The notes: generated by a model not told the origin, from the letters alone. A stretch of DNA of 63,950 nt, filler included, from Octopus bimaculoides (GCF_001194135.2; 8 parts of 8 records of this genome joined end to end with filler, not necessarily neighbours in it); one strand, 5' to 3'. Positions 48,786-61,757 are shown, numbered from the whole stretch's first letter. Numbers and translations are program-made.

Positions 48786-51139
48786 TGTGCAAAAGAATAA
48801 TGTATGAAAACACCAAAACGTTTTAAAGTGAAACAGAAAATGAATTATGGATGACTGAGATAAGAAACTATTTGCAGAAAAGTATGATATTGTAAAAGAA
48901 AATAACAAAATTAAAACAAGTTATAGTGAAATAGGAGGGGTCACTTGTAAGAAAGGGCAAGATAAATACAGGCTGAACACACACACACACACATACACAT
49001 ACATTATAGATATATATAAAGGCTATGCCCCAGCAAGGCCACAGTCCAGTGAGTGAAACAAGATTTAAAAAAAACACACACACACATTAATTTTAACAAG
49101 GAAATGGTTAACAGAGACCACAGTTTCAACTTACTTGCATTACTTGACAAAAAACAAACATTAATATATAATGTTTGTGGACGTGCGTGTATGTGTGTGG
49201 GGGGAAGAGAAAGAAAGAAAGAGAGAGAAAAGCAACATCTATGGAAACAATATACAACTGTAAGTAGTTAAACCATCAATAATCAAATAAGTTATCATCC
49301 TGAAATGTTGATATATTCTAGATTGTTCAAGGAGTGTGTTGTGAGAACTATTGTCTCTTCAAATGCTGGACATGTCAATACTTGACTACCAACATCTATG
49401 ATAGCATTTCTATTTTGATGCTTCAACATGTTATTTTATGTATTAACTATCTGTCAGTCTCTACTTCTTTGTCATTCTATTTTAAGTGAAAGAGCAGTCT
49501 CCTTTAATTTACCTCTTTAATCAACTGTGTTAAGTTTAGCATCATTTTTCTCTTTTTGTATCTTTATTTGGCACTGTTGTTTTAACCAACATTATTTGTT
49601 TTCTTATTGATGTCATTGTTTTTCTTGATACTGGGTTTTATTGTTGTTGCTGTAACTGTTATTGTCATAAATATTGTTGATGCTTTTAATTTCTTTCAAT
49701 TAATTTCTTAAGTAAAAGAACTACTCCAACACAATCTTTCACAAAACTAATGACATGAATTTGCAACTAATCTATTTTTTATTTTAATTTCAACACATCT
49801 AAAATGAAGAATGTGAATTCATGTCAAGACATGTATACATGTAGAAATCCTGATCAATTTTGTTGACTTCATAAACTAGAAAGACTGGACTTGTTTTTTA
49901 AGATTTCATTCTTTAACTGACTAAATCGTTGTGGCATTTACTGAAAATTTAAAAAAGCTGAAGTGATTTTAGAGAAAATAAATATACTGTGGCTTACCAT
50001 CTCTTAGCTCACAGGAAGAACTGAGCTTTGTATTACCAATTGTTTGCTTATTATTTTAGTAAATGATTAGGCATTTAAATCAGTTCAAATGTGTTTGGGA
50101 ATATCTGGTCAGTACAAAGGCCATATTCTCTGCTGTTTGCCATTGAGAAAAATTCTTGCTTTAGTCAATAGATGCTAAAAATACCAACAGTCATTTTAAG
50201 GCACTCTCTAGCAGTTCCGTGAATGTCTTTTTAGTTTCTTGGCTTTCATCAGCACCATGATTTGGAAACCTTAATTTCCTTCCAAGTAAATCAGTATCAA
50301 AACACAAGCTAATCATATGTGACACCAGCTCAGCTAGAACAAAATATTGTAGTAGGCATGTAAAAACAATGTTGTGAGTAAACAAGCATTTAGATTGCTT
50401 CAAAAAGGCCATATTCATCATCATTTAACAGCCATTTTTCCATGCTTGCATGGGTCAGTGGAATTTGTTGATGCAGATTTTTTATGGCTGGAAGCCCTTC
50501 CTGTCACCAACCTCACTAGTTTCCATTCAAGGTAATATTTCCTCAAGGACAGATATATTTTTCACAGGAGATTGGAAACAAACAGCATCACTTGTATGAC
50601 AATGTTGCTGATTTACAAACATCATATAGCATCAAGATGAGAGTACTCACAGAGAACAGGCTTCTTCCAGTTTCCATGTACCAAATCCATTCACAAAGCT
50701 ATGTTCAGACCAAAGGTATAGTAGAAAGTATTAGCCCAGTGAGACTGAAACTAGAACAATATGGTTGGGAAGTAACCTTCACAAACACACAGTACCTACG
50801 CTCATATGTGTCAGTGTGTGTGTGTGCGTATGCATATATATGCATATATGTGTGAGACCTGCATGGCATGACTTACATGTGTATGCATATATGTGAGAGA
50901 CCTGTATGGTGTGGATGTAGGTTTTTTCAAGACAAAACTGGATCTCCTTCTGTCAACAGTTTGGGATGAAATTACCACAAGTTAAGAAACACAGATGAGA
51001 GCAGCAGCATCATCCACCTTATGCCACATATTACAGGAGGTTTACTGAAAGTGTAGCAAAGTAAAAGGTGGTGCCCCAGCATGACCGCAGTCCTCAGATG
51101 GAAATTTAGAGGAGAAAAAATATATATATATACATACCA

Positions 51140-51530
51140 GCACAGGCATGGCTGTGTGGTAAGAAGCTTGCTTCCCAACCACATGGTTCCAGGTTCAGTC
51201 CCACTGCATGGCACCTTGGGCAAGTCTCTTCTACGATAGCCTCAGGCCGACCAAAGCTTCATGAGTGGATTTGGTAGATGGAAACTATATATATTTCTAG
51301 ACAGATATGTATATATTTGTGTGTGTGTGTGTGTGTTTTCCCCACTGCCATCACTTGACAACCAATGCTGATATGTTTATGTTCCTGTAACTTAGTGGGT
51401 CAGCAAAAGAGATCAACAGAATAAGTCCTAGGCGAACAAAGAATAAGTTCTGGAATTGATTTCTTCAACTAACACCCTTTAAGGCAGTGCTCATGCATGG
51501 CCACAGTCAAATGACTGAAACAAGTGCAAG
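51140..51530 (+). mobile_element. SINE family A, diverged
   Basis: GGCATGGCTGTGTGGTAAG head to GACTGAAACAAG tail. Confidence 0.8.
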
Positions 51531-51562
51531 AATATATATAACTGTATATATATATACACAGA

Positions 51563-52990
51563 AGTATCAAATTGTTGGATCAGGTGATGAAAGTTACAGA
51601 GAGAGTCATAGCCCAACTAATTAGGGAGAGAGTTAACCTAGATGAAATGCAGTTTGGGTTTGTGCCAAGTAGAAACACCACTGATGTTATATTTCTGGTA
51701 AGGCAACTGCAGGAGAAATACCTTGCCAAAGATAAACCCCTGTAGTTGGCTTTTGTTGACTTGGAGAAAGCCTTTGATAGGGTCCCTAATCCCTTATCTA
51801 GTGGTCAATGCGGAAACTAGGATAGACAAGTGTTTAGTGAGAGCTGTACAAGCTATGTACAGGGATGCTACCAGTAAGGTGAGGGTTAGCAATGAGTACA
51901 GCGAAGAATTCAGGATACAAATAGGGGTTCACCAAGGATCAGTGCTCAGCCCCCTCTTGTTCATCATAGTCCTCCAGGCAAAAACAGGAATTCAAGACAA
52001 GCTGCCCTTGGGAGCTCCTCTATGCTGATGACTTTGCTCTTATAGCTGAATCACTACCTGAAATAGAGAAGAAGTTCCAGGTATGGAAGCAAGGTCTAAA
52101 ATCAAAGGGCCTTAGAGTTAACCTAGCTAAAACCAGAGTCTTAGTAAGTAGGAAGGCAGACAAATCACAAATGCCTTCAGGTAGATGGACCTGCTCAATC
52201 TGTAGAAAAGGTGTAGGGAGAAACTCCATAAGATGTACCCAGTGTAAGCTTTGGACACATAAAAGGTGCAGCAATATCAGAGGAAGGTTAACAGGGAAAC
52301 TAGTTTTTGTTTGAGGAAGATGCACAGGTAAAATAAATGCTGAAAATATGCAGAAAATAGACTCCATCAACTGCCAGGAGGGCAAGCTACAGGTTGTAGA
52401 TAGCTTCCATTATCTAGGTGACCAAGTTAGTAGTGGAGGTGGATGCTCTGAGAGTATAGCTGTAAGAATAAGATTAGGATGGACAAAGTTCAGAGAGTTA
52501 CTACCCCTGTTGGCAACAAAGGGCCTCTCTCTCAGAGTGAAAGGCAGATTGTTTGATGCTCGTGTGCGAACAACTATGCTGCATGGTAGAGAAACATGGG
52601 CTGTAACAGCCGAGGACATATGTAAGCTTGAAAGAAATGAAGCCAGTATGCTTCACTGAATGTGAAATGTCAGTGTGTATGTTCAACAAGGTGTAAGCAT
52701 CTTAAGAGAAAAGTTAAGTATTAGAGGCACCAGATGTGGTGTGCAAGAGAGAATACTGCACTGGTATGGGTCATATGATACATATGGACGAGGACAGCTG
52801 TGTAAAGAAGTGCCGATGTCTGTGGAGGGAACCTGAGGTAGAGTAAACCCAGGAAGACATGGAACTAGGTGGTGAAGCATGATCTTCGAACTTTGAGCCT
52901 CACAGAGGCAATGACTAGTGACCAAGACCTTTGGTAATGTGCTATGCTTGAGAGGACTTGTCAAGCCAAATGCACCCATGCTGGAGGCAT
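51563..52990 (+). mobile_element. RTE-clade LINE reverse transcriptase and 3' region (pseudogene), with a PHD-like insert
   Basis: IKLLDQVMKV, QFGF, AFVDLEKAFDRVP, GVHQGSVLSPLLF, LLYADD and FHYLG motifs, with several stops and frameshifts. Confidence 0.92.
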
Positions 52991-53319
52991 GTAAAGAACA
53001 TCTTTCATGCATTGGGATTCCTGGAGGCAAAGTGGCTGAGTTCCTTTTGAGTGTTGGACCTCACAGAGAAATTGACCAAGACCTTTGGCATTAGGTCGTG
53101 CTTCAGATGACCCATCAAGCCAAGCAAAATCGTAGTTGTAGCAGATACCAGTGTCACACAAATTGGCATTAGGAAGGGCATCGAACCATAGAAAACCATG
53201 CCAAATCAGACTGGAGTCTGGTGCAGCCTTCCAATGTGCCAGCCCAGTCAAACTATCCATCCCATGCCAGCATGGAAAATGGATGTTAAATGATAATGAT
53301 GATGATGACATATATGTAT

Positions 53320-53352
<33 letters not shown>

Positions 53353-53402
53353 CATACACACACATATATCTTTATATACATATATCCATATATATATTTA
53401 TA

Positions 53403-54445
53403 TTTGTATTTGTAATTGTGTACCATGTTCTCTGTTTTTTGTCTTTGTTGGCATACACATTTGCTAGCATTCTTACAAAACAATCTAATATTCTTAGCTT
53501 AGACTTTTTTGGGGTCAACCAGATCGAACTGTCTCAAGTGTAACTGCCTGAAACAGTAAAGACATCTGGTAACTTGACTGAAGAAAGAAGGCCACGAATG
53601 ACCTGTCTTTTTTTTTTCCCTGTCCTAATTGTTTCTCCTGTCCGCTTTTGTATCATCTATCTGTCTGAATGTTTTATTGTCCTCTATTGTGTTCCATTTT
53701 TTATATTTATATATACTTATAGTGGCATATGTACACATTTGTGCTCACCTTATAGTATGTATCAAAATTTTGTATGACTCATTAACTCTATCTTTTAGTC
53801 TCCCTCATACTTTCTTCCTCCCCCTCTCTCTCACATTTCTTGGCCCTCCCTTTCTTTAAGTCCCACTTTTCCTCCTCATTTATCTCCACTGTACCTTGCC
53901 CTTTGTCTCTTTGATTTTTTCTAATCCTTCAATCCCACTGCCTCCTACCCCTCTCTCCTCCTTCGACATGATCGATGTCTGGCCAACGGTCATCTTTCCT
54001 TCTTGGCCTGACTGCTGACCGCCAACACCTCTTATGTCCATCTCCTATGTCCCTGCTTTTAGGCTTTCACTTCATACATGCCAGCTCAATTTGATTCGTT
54101 CTCAGTCGAAAGACACCTGCTGTTATATTCTTGTTCTTTGTATTTGTAATTGTGTACTATGTTCTCCGTTTTTTTGTCTTTGTTGCCATACACATTTGCT
54201 AGCATTCTTACAAAACATCTAATGCTCTTAGCTTAGACTTTTGGAGGGACAACCAGATCGAACTGTCTCAAGTGTAACTGCCTGAAACGGTAAAGACATC
54301 TGGTAACTTGACTGAAGAAAGAAGGCCATGATTGACCTGTCCTTTTTTTTCCCTGTCCTTCTAATTGTTGTTTCTCCTGTCTGCCTTTGTATCATCTATA
54401 TGTCCAGATGTTTTATTGTCTTCTATTGCATTTTTGTTCCATTTT
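53403..54445 (+). mobile_element. ~300-bp direct repeats (53403-53702, 54137-54445) around a non-coding core
   Basis: Two highly similar copies of TTTGTATTTGTAATTGTGTAC...GTTCCATTTT. Confidence 0.8.
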
Positions 54446-54450
54446 ACATA

Positions 54451-54519
<69 letters not shown>

Positions 54520-54619
54520 NNNNNNNNNNNNNNNNNNNNNNNNNNNNNNNNNNNNNNNNNNNNTTAATTAATTAANNNNNNNNNNNNNNNNNNNNNNNNN
54601 NNNNNNNNNNNNNNNNNNN
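54520..54619. other. Artificial scaffold linker
   Basis: 44N-TTAATTAATTAA-44N. Confidence 0.97.
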
Positions 54620-55136
54620 CTAATGCAAGGATAAAAAATTTTCAAAACAAATTTTATCAGTGGCCAGCATATTAAATTACCTTTTAAGGTGAAAATTAAA
54701 AACTATTATATATAAGGGAAAAAGAAAAAATTCCTATACCAATATGTTGAAAAATAGACTTTAGTTCGTCTAACCACATACAATATTTTTCACAATAAAT
54801 ACACACACACACACACACACACACACATATTTCGTTTCACTGAAATGTAATTGTCCACCGTGTTTTGGAACTACGTGTCAGACTGCCGTCTTCCCTTGTA
54901 ATACATATGATCACTGGCACTCTCCAGATGAATGGTTCTGTATTTTCCAGGCAATGAAACCGTTAACTCTGGTTAGGACAACTAAGGGATTCACCCTCAA
55001 TATTTGTTCTTTACGTTTTGTTTCCAAACGATCTTATTTAACCTTTTACTTGTTTCCCACCCAAGTCTCACAGTCAAGAACTGGGTTCGATATTGTCTAC
55101 TATTCCCCTCTACCGCAAGTTCAGGCATCGTGTTTA

Positions 55137-55172
<36 letters not shown>

Positions 55173-55509
55173 CCTTTCTAATCTAGGCACAAAGCCTGAA
55201 ATGTTGGGAGAGGAACCAGTCGATTACATCGACCCCATTACTTCACTGGTACTTAACTTATCGAACTCGAAGTCGATCTCAGCAGAATTTTGAACTCAGA
55301 ACATAAAGACAGACGAAATACCGCTCAGTATTTCGCCCGGCAGTGTTTGCATTGAGAGCGTCGATTTCTGTTTCGACGATCGTACACAATTCAGAGTAGA
55401 TAAATGCATTTAAAAGCTACTTTAAATCAAACGCTCGTACACAGTCCAAACCAACGACATATTGTGCGCATGGGCAAAAGTGAGAGCAACGAAGACTTTA
55501 GTATAAACT

Positions 55510-55830
55510 GGCAACTGGCACTTCGTCGTTTACGACGTCGAGGACTTCAGTTGATCCGATCATCCTACTGGTGAAATTAACGTGCAAGTGGCCGAGTGCT
55601 CCACAAATGCACATACTTTTAACGTAATTCTCGGTAACCGTCTGCGTGACACAGACTGTGACAAGGCTGACCCTTTGAAATACCGTTACTACCCATTTTA
55701 GCAAGCTGAGTGGACTGAAGCAATGTGAAATAAAGTATCCTGCACAACGACAACGTACTACCAGGAATTGAACTCACGATTTAGGATCGTGAGTCGAAAA
55801 CTTTAACCACTAAGCCACGCGCCTTCACAC
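55510..55830 (-). mobile_element. SINE with a family D head and a family C-type 3' domain
   Basis: Ends CCACTAAGCCACGCGCCTTCACAC. GAAATTAACGTGCAAGTGG is the reverse complement of a segment at about 28200. Confidence 0.75.
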
Positions 55831-56606
55831 TTTAGTATAGAACACCAGTTGAACGAATATGCAAGAAAATATAGATAAGAGTCTAATTTACATTAAATGT
55901 TTCCGATGAAATATTATCACGGTAAGCTAGTAAAATAGTTTTGCTTTTCGAAAATCCTATAAAGAAATGCTACGCTTATTTCTAAAATGTATTTGTTTGG
56001 TCAAAGCATTGTTCAGTTGAAGACGTCTTCCTTTTTACAGGCTACTTTTAAAAATCAATGTTTCGAGAAAAAAGAATTTCAATTCTAAATTTTGGTTTTG
56101 GTCAATTAACTACAGCATTATTTTAATGTATTTGTTCTTTTACATTTTGAGAATATAATTAAAAAATATATTTCATGAATAACTGACAAAGCTATCACTT
56201 ATTTTCATCTTAATTCTCGTTAAATGCTTTCTATATTTGCTCGAAACAAATATTGGACTTATTTTAATGGGTGTTCGTTTCTGTTTATTTATATTTCCTG
56301 TTTGAATCGTGAGAAACTGTATTAACATTAATACATTCTCAAAGATAGATAAATAATTCAAACACGAACTTCGATAATTTTAATGCATGACAGAATTCTA
56401 TGTAAGAAATATAATTTTTTGTCGAGAATTTTATGCATTTTTTTTTCTCAGTGGCATTATATTTATCAAAATCGTTTTATTGCAGAAAAAATGAAATGTA
56501 TTTTAATCATATTTTGTCAAATAATCACATTAGAATATATGGAGTAAATTTCTTTGATAAGCACGCATACAACCACCTCTCAGATGCACGTACACATATT
56601 CGCACA

Positions 56607-56640
<34 letters not shown>

Positions 56641-56753
56641 GAAAATAATGATGAAAGATAAAAGCTAGGTTACTAAAATATATTTTGTGCTAAAATTACT
56701 ATGTGCACAAAATCATGTACTAAAATTATGTAGATATACAAATATACCTTATT

Positions 56754-56899
56754 AAAAAGCAACAAAAATATCACAAAAATTGTTACTCGGAGTTTCACGT
56801 TCCCGATCGTCGGACAGTTTTGTTTCTAAACAAAACTGTCCGACGAACGGGAACGTGAAACTCTGAGTAGCAGTTTTTGTGATATTTTTGGTGCTTTTT
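56754..56899. ncRNA. 72-bp-arm palindrome made of two inverted type I hammerhead-like units
   Basis: Arms 56754-56825 and 56828-56899 have 5 mismatches. Plus strand reads AAAACTGT-CCGACGA-ACG GGAA CGT-GAA-ACTC T GAGT-A-GCAGTTTT. Confidence 0.6.
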
Positions 56900-57401
56900 G
56901 ATAAAGCACATTACTCTACTTCTGGTATTCGAGTACTATTTGTTTCACCTTGTTTCGCATTTATGTGATAACTCTGATACACAACTATATAAATATAGTT
57001 AAAAATATATTTAAAATACATGAAATATATATCGATATAAATATATAAATATACTAAGAATATATTAAGAACATAGAATATGTAGTCCTACTTTCAGTAA
57101 AACCGTATTAAAATTATATACGCAGAATAGGTGGAGTGTAAAGAATATTGTAAATCCATATAGAGGTTTATAGTTTGTGAAAATCCGACGGCCGTTTCTG
57201 GGGGCATAGTAGTGCAATGATGTAAAAGAATTTAAGTTACGTTAATCTAATATCACCGCCACTTTCTTCAGTTTTAGTAATCTATCTTTTGTCTCTCATC
57301 ATTATTTTTCCTATTCTCCTATGGCTCAAATATACTGAGTACTTCTATATATAGAGAAAATTTCTTAATAATCACTTGAAAATAAATTTTACATATACGT
57401 A

Positions 57402-57773
57402 CAAGGTGATTCGAAAGTCTCCATACATGGGAAGAAATTATTTTTTTATAAGAAATAGTTTATTAGATCCCCTAGGTCTCTTGTTCTGTCCCCTCTTGAT
57501 TTCTATCTTTGGGGGCATTTGAAAGGCATGGTGTATCGTGGAAAGATAAAAGATATCAACCATTTGAAGGAACGCATCACCAAATCCTTTGCATACGTAT
57601 CACCAGATGTGTTATTACAAGTTCACAATGAGTGGGGTAAACATATTGCAATGTGTATTCAAAACAATGGTAACCATATAGAGTCCGTTACAAAAAACAA
57701 AACTGTTCTTAAAAACTGTTTCTTATAAAAAAGATAAATTGTTCCTATGTATGGCGACTTTTGAATCACCCTG
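57402..57773 (+). mobile_element. Internally deleted Tc1/mariner-superfamily element with ~60-bp TIRs and TA TSD
   Basis: TA-CAAGGTGATTCGAAAGTC ... GACTTTTGAATCACCCTG-TA. The interior PPRS..LSPLDFYLWGHLKGMVY...HIE is a transposase C-terminus. Confidence 0.85.
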
Positions 57774-57828
57774 TATATAGGTATGTATATATATATATAT
57801 ATAATACAAAGAATATATATACATGTAT

Positions 57829-57928
57829 NNNNNNNNNNNNNNNNNNNNNNNNNNNNNNNNNNNNNNNNNNNNTTAATTAATTAANNNNNNNNNNNNNNNN
57901 NNNNNNNNNNNNNNNNNNNNNNNNNNNN
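57829..57928. other. Artificial scaffold linker
   Basis: 44N-TTAATTAATTAA-44N. Confidence 0.97.
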
Positions 57929-57959
<31 letters not shown>

Positions 57960-57970
57960 GTATGTATATA

Positions 57971-58708
57971 CAGAGCTGGTCGTAAGTCTGTTAATCCGTT
58001 AATCATCAATTAACAAAGTTAACATTTTCCTTAACGATTTAACTTTTAAAGTTAACTTTAAAAATCATTATCGGACTAATTAACTTCCGTTACATTTAGC
58101 TTCCGTTAACTCAAGTCCGTTAACCCAAAACTTGTCTACCACAGCCTCTTGGTCGACGCAGTTTTGGTCCCTTGGTTGACACACTTTTGGCATCCATCGA
58201 CAAAAGAATTGCGACCCTCCTGGACGATGAAGAATGCCAATTGGCTGCTGCCTTCCACCTCAAGTTTCACCTCATCGGGTTGGTTAGGTATGATAGCACA
58301 AAGTTCACTAAAGTGAGGAGAAGCATGAAAGACAAAGTCGAGGAGGCCATGAGGCAGCAGTCTGAGGAAGTGAGCAGCAACAGGGGTTTCACCCAACAAA
58401 AAGAGAGCGGAAGCCACAAGTCACTGCAGGAGAAGGCCCAGAATTTAGTAAAGACCTGGTTAGAGACCAACTCCAAAGATCGACTGACAGATGCTGCCGT
58501 CTTGAGTGAGCAAGTGTTGATGGACTTGTTCATCAAATTCAACACAGCCATCCCTTCCAGTGCTGCAGCTGCATGTTTATTTTCCATGGGCAAGGACTTC
58601 TTGAGTGCCAAGAGATCGTCCTTATCTGATGAAGATTTGCGTATGTTAATTTTCATGAAGGGCAACGTGAATCTCATCAAAAAAATGGAGAAGAAGAGGA
58701 AAAATTAA
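57971..58708 (+). mobile_element. hAT transposon relic: left end fused to the transposase C-terminal dimerisation domain
   Basis: CAGAGCTGG terminus and a GTTAA-rich subterminal array. The ORF carries AAAFHLKF and LFIKFNTAIPSSAAAACLFS...KRSSLSD...LIFMKGN. Confidence 0.75.
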
Positions 58709-58943
58709 ATTTTTGTATATATCGTGTTTTTTATTTCCTTTATTTTAATTTTTTTACGGCCACTTTATCAATAAACGTTTTTTTTAGTTAATATTTATTG
58801 TGTTTCAATTGAGTATTTTTTTACCCTTTGCTGGCACTAAAAGTCTTTAAAAACCCAAGAAAGAATCAAAACTATGACATAAGTTTTTTTAGGCCCTTTG
58901 AAATTTAAAAATACAAAATCAGCATTTTTTAACTCTAAGCAAA

Positions 58944-58945
<2 letters not shown>

Positions 58946-59017
<72 letters not shown>
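58946..59017. repeat. (AAT)n microsatellite
   Basis: Read directly. Confidence 0.95.
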
Positions 59018-59019
<2 letters not shown>

Positions 59020-60242
59020 CTATAGTTTTTGAGTTTTAAAGCTCTCAAAAGAATAAAAAACGCTGGTTTTATAGTCTTGGCACTTTTTAACCTTTTAGTG
59101 TTTAAACAGGCCAAAACCCGTTGTATCTAATTCCTCTACGAAATCTTTTTAAAAAATAAACAAATCACGCTAGTGAATTCTCGTAGCTTTGTGATAATGT
59201 GAAGGCTTTTCTTCCAGAAAGCACAGAACTGTGAGAAAAGCAAAATTAACTAAGATGGATGTCAACAGAGAAAACATCGACTTCCATAAAGTGGAAAAAA
59301 TAAATGGAAGGGAAAAGTTGGTAAATATTTCGGTGTGGACGCAAATAGCTGCTACGTGGTAGCAGGACATGCTAGAAATAGCAACCAAATCTTTCCTTTT
59401 CTGGTAGAAGGAGCCGTTTACGCGTAATTTCGATGTCACATTCGTTGTAAGCATGCAAAATAACCTGGAAAAGAAGAAAAGACCCACGAAACAAACTCCC
59501 TTGGTGGGAAACTTCGAGGTCTACACCACCCCTCTTTATCTTTCTTTCCTGGAAAAAAGTGACTAGCGGCGTGTTTGAAGGTCCAATACGTTGAAGGCAC
59601 TCGAAAAAACTGTGGGCAAAAATGATTCTACACCAAGGTACGAAATATTTACCGAAAGAATAAAATCATGTACTGATTATACCTGTATTTTAATTAATTC
59701 AAATTAATGTACCTCATCTTGAAGGTGGTAAAAGTTTTGTCAGTTGCCATTTGGGATAATTTTGGTAACAAATCAACCAGGTAAGATGCATTAGGAATTT
59801 CAATTTTAGTGTTTATCTATAATGTTATTGCTTTTACACCTGTTACTTAAATTTACCTGCCCATAAATGTCAAATTTACTCAGCATGATCAACTAACATT
59901 ACGCAACAATAAACCAGTGGAATATAAAGCACCCACTGACAAAACTTCGAATCTGTATGAAAAAATTTACTAAGTTACAAGCAAATATTGTGGACACCCC
60001 TCTTGAACCTGAATAATTCAAAATAACGTGAACAAATAAGCATTACATTTGACAGATTAATATGAACACGAAATATGTTTCAAGTTTTTTTTTTTTCTTA
60101 TACACACACACGACACGGTCTCGCTCGGTTGGGACTGCCTTTGTTTATGGGGAGAAATATACTGAAAAATATCAATAGATGTATATGTGAGAAAGAAACG
60201 AGGAGGGAGGTTTTGGGATGTGCTAGAAACGACAGCCAGACC

Positions 60243-60342
60243 NNNNNNNNNNNNNNNNNNNNNNNNNNNNNNNNNNNNNNNNNNNNTTAATTAATTAANN
60301 NNNNNNNNNNNNNNNNNNNNNNNNNNNNNNNNNNNNNNNNNN
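60243..60342. other. Artificial scaffold linker
   Basis: 44N-TTAATTAATTAA-44N. Confidence 0.97.
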
Positions 60343-60344
60343 TA

Positions 60345-61259
60345 GTCTGTGGTAAATCGTTCTCTGGAAGCAGCGTTCTCACTAGACACAAACGTATCCA
60401 CACGGGAGAGAGACCGTTCCAATGTGATATCTGTGGTAAATCGTTCTCTATAAAAAACTACCTACATAAACACAAAAGTATCCATACGGGAGAGAAACCA
60501 TATCACTGTGAAATCTGTGGTAAATCATACTCTGATTATAACAGTCTCTTTCGACACAAACGTGGTCATACAGGAGAGAAGCCATGTCGTTGTGATATCT
60601 GTGGTAAATCATTTTTTATGATGCATGATATAATTTTACACAAACATACACATACTGGAGAGAAGCCATACCACTGTGAAATCTGTGGTAAATCCTTTTC
60701 TGTAAATGGCAATCTAACTCGGCACAGGCGTATTCACACAGGAGAGAAACCATTCCAATGTCATATCTGTAGTAAATCGTTCGCACAATTTAACAGTCTA
60801 TCTCAACACAAACTTGGTCATAGAGATGAGAAGCCATGTCATTGTGACATCTGTGGTAAATCATTCCATAACAATAGCTCTCTAAGTACGCACAAACGTG
60901 TTCATACAGGAGAGAAGCCATATCACTGTGATATCTGTGGTAAATCGTTCTCAGTGAATAGTAATCTAAGTCAACACAAAAGCATTCATACTGGAGACAA
61001 ACCATATCGTTGTGATATCTGTGGTAAATCATTCTCTCAAAATATCCATCTAACTGATCACAAATATATTCATACAGGAGAGAAGCCATACCATTGTGAT
61101 GTCTGTAGTAAATCATTTTCTCACACTAGCACTCTAACTGCACATAAACGTACACATACAGGAGAGAGACCATATTACTGTGATATCTGTGGTAAAACAT
61201 TCTCACAAAGTAGTCATGTATCTGTACACAAACGAACACATAAAGGAGACAAACCATAA
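60345..61259 (+). CDS. C2H2 zinc-finger array protein ZNF4, 5'-truncated at the piece edge (10 complete fingers plus 1 partial)
   Basis: The frame is open from 60345 ([19 protein letters not shown]...) in phase with the annotated 60618 ORF. The ATG at 60618 lies inside a finger and is not the true start. Confidence 0.88.
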   Translation, partial: VCGKSFSGSSVLTRHKRIHTGERPFQCDICGKSFSIKNYLHKHKSIHTGEKPYHCEICGKSYSDYNSLFRHKRGHTGEKPCRCDICGKSFFMMHDIILHKHTHTGEKPYHCEICGKSFSVNGNLTRHRRIHTGEKPFQCHICSKSFAQFNSLSQHKLGHRDEKPCHCDICGKSFHNNSSLSTHKRVHTGEKPYHCDICGKSFSVNSNLSQHKSIHTGDKPYRCDICGKSFSQNIHLTDHKYIHTGEKPYHCDVCSKSFSHTSTLTAHKRTHTGERPYYCDICGKTFSQSSHVSVHKRTHKGDKP

Positions 61260-61430
61260 CTGTGATATCCGCAGTAAATCATTATATCACAATAGCAGTC
61301 TAACTACACATTAACACACATACAGGAGAGAAGCAATATCATTGTGATATCTGTCGTAAATCATTCTCGTGGAATAGCTATCTAAATAAACACAAACAAA
61401 TTCACATAGGTGAGGAATCATATCGCTAAA
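61260..61430 (+). pseudogene. Two fossil fingers downstream of the ZNF4 stop
   Basis: After frameshifts: CDIRSKSLYHNSSLTTH* and [35 protein letters not shown]. Confidence 0.8.
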
Positions 61431-61504
61431 CGATTCTCTTGCTAAAAACGGAAGAAAGTGCACATCTCTGCATACATACAGAATTGCAACTTTATCTGTC
61501 AGTA

Positions 61505-61704
61505 TACTCTTTACTCTTTTACTTGTTTCAGTCTTTTGACTGTGGACATGCTGGAGCACCGCCTTTAGTCGAGCAAATCGACTCCAGGACTTATTCTTTA
61601 GAAGCCTAGTACTTATTCTATCGGTCTCTTTTTTTGCCGAACCGCTAAGTTACGGGGACATAAGCACACCAGCATTGGTTGTCAAGCGATGTTGGGGGGG
61701 ACAA

Positions 61705-61757
<53 letters not shown>

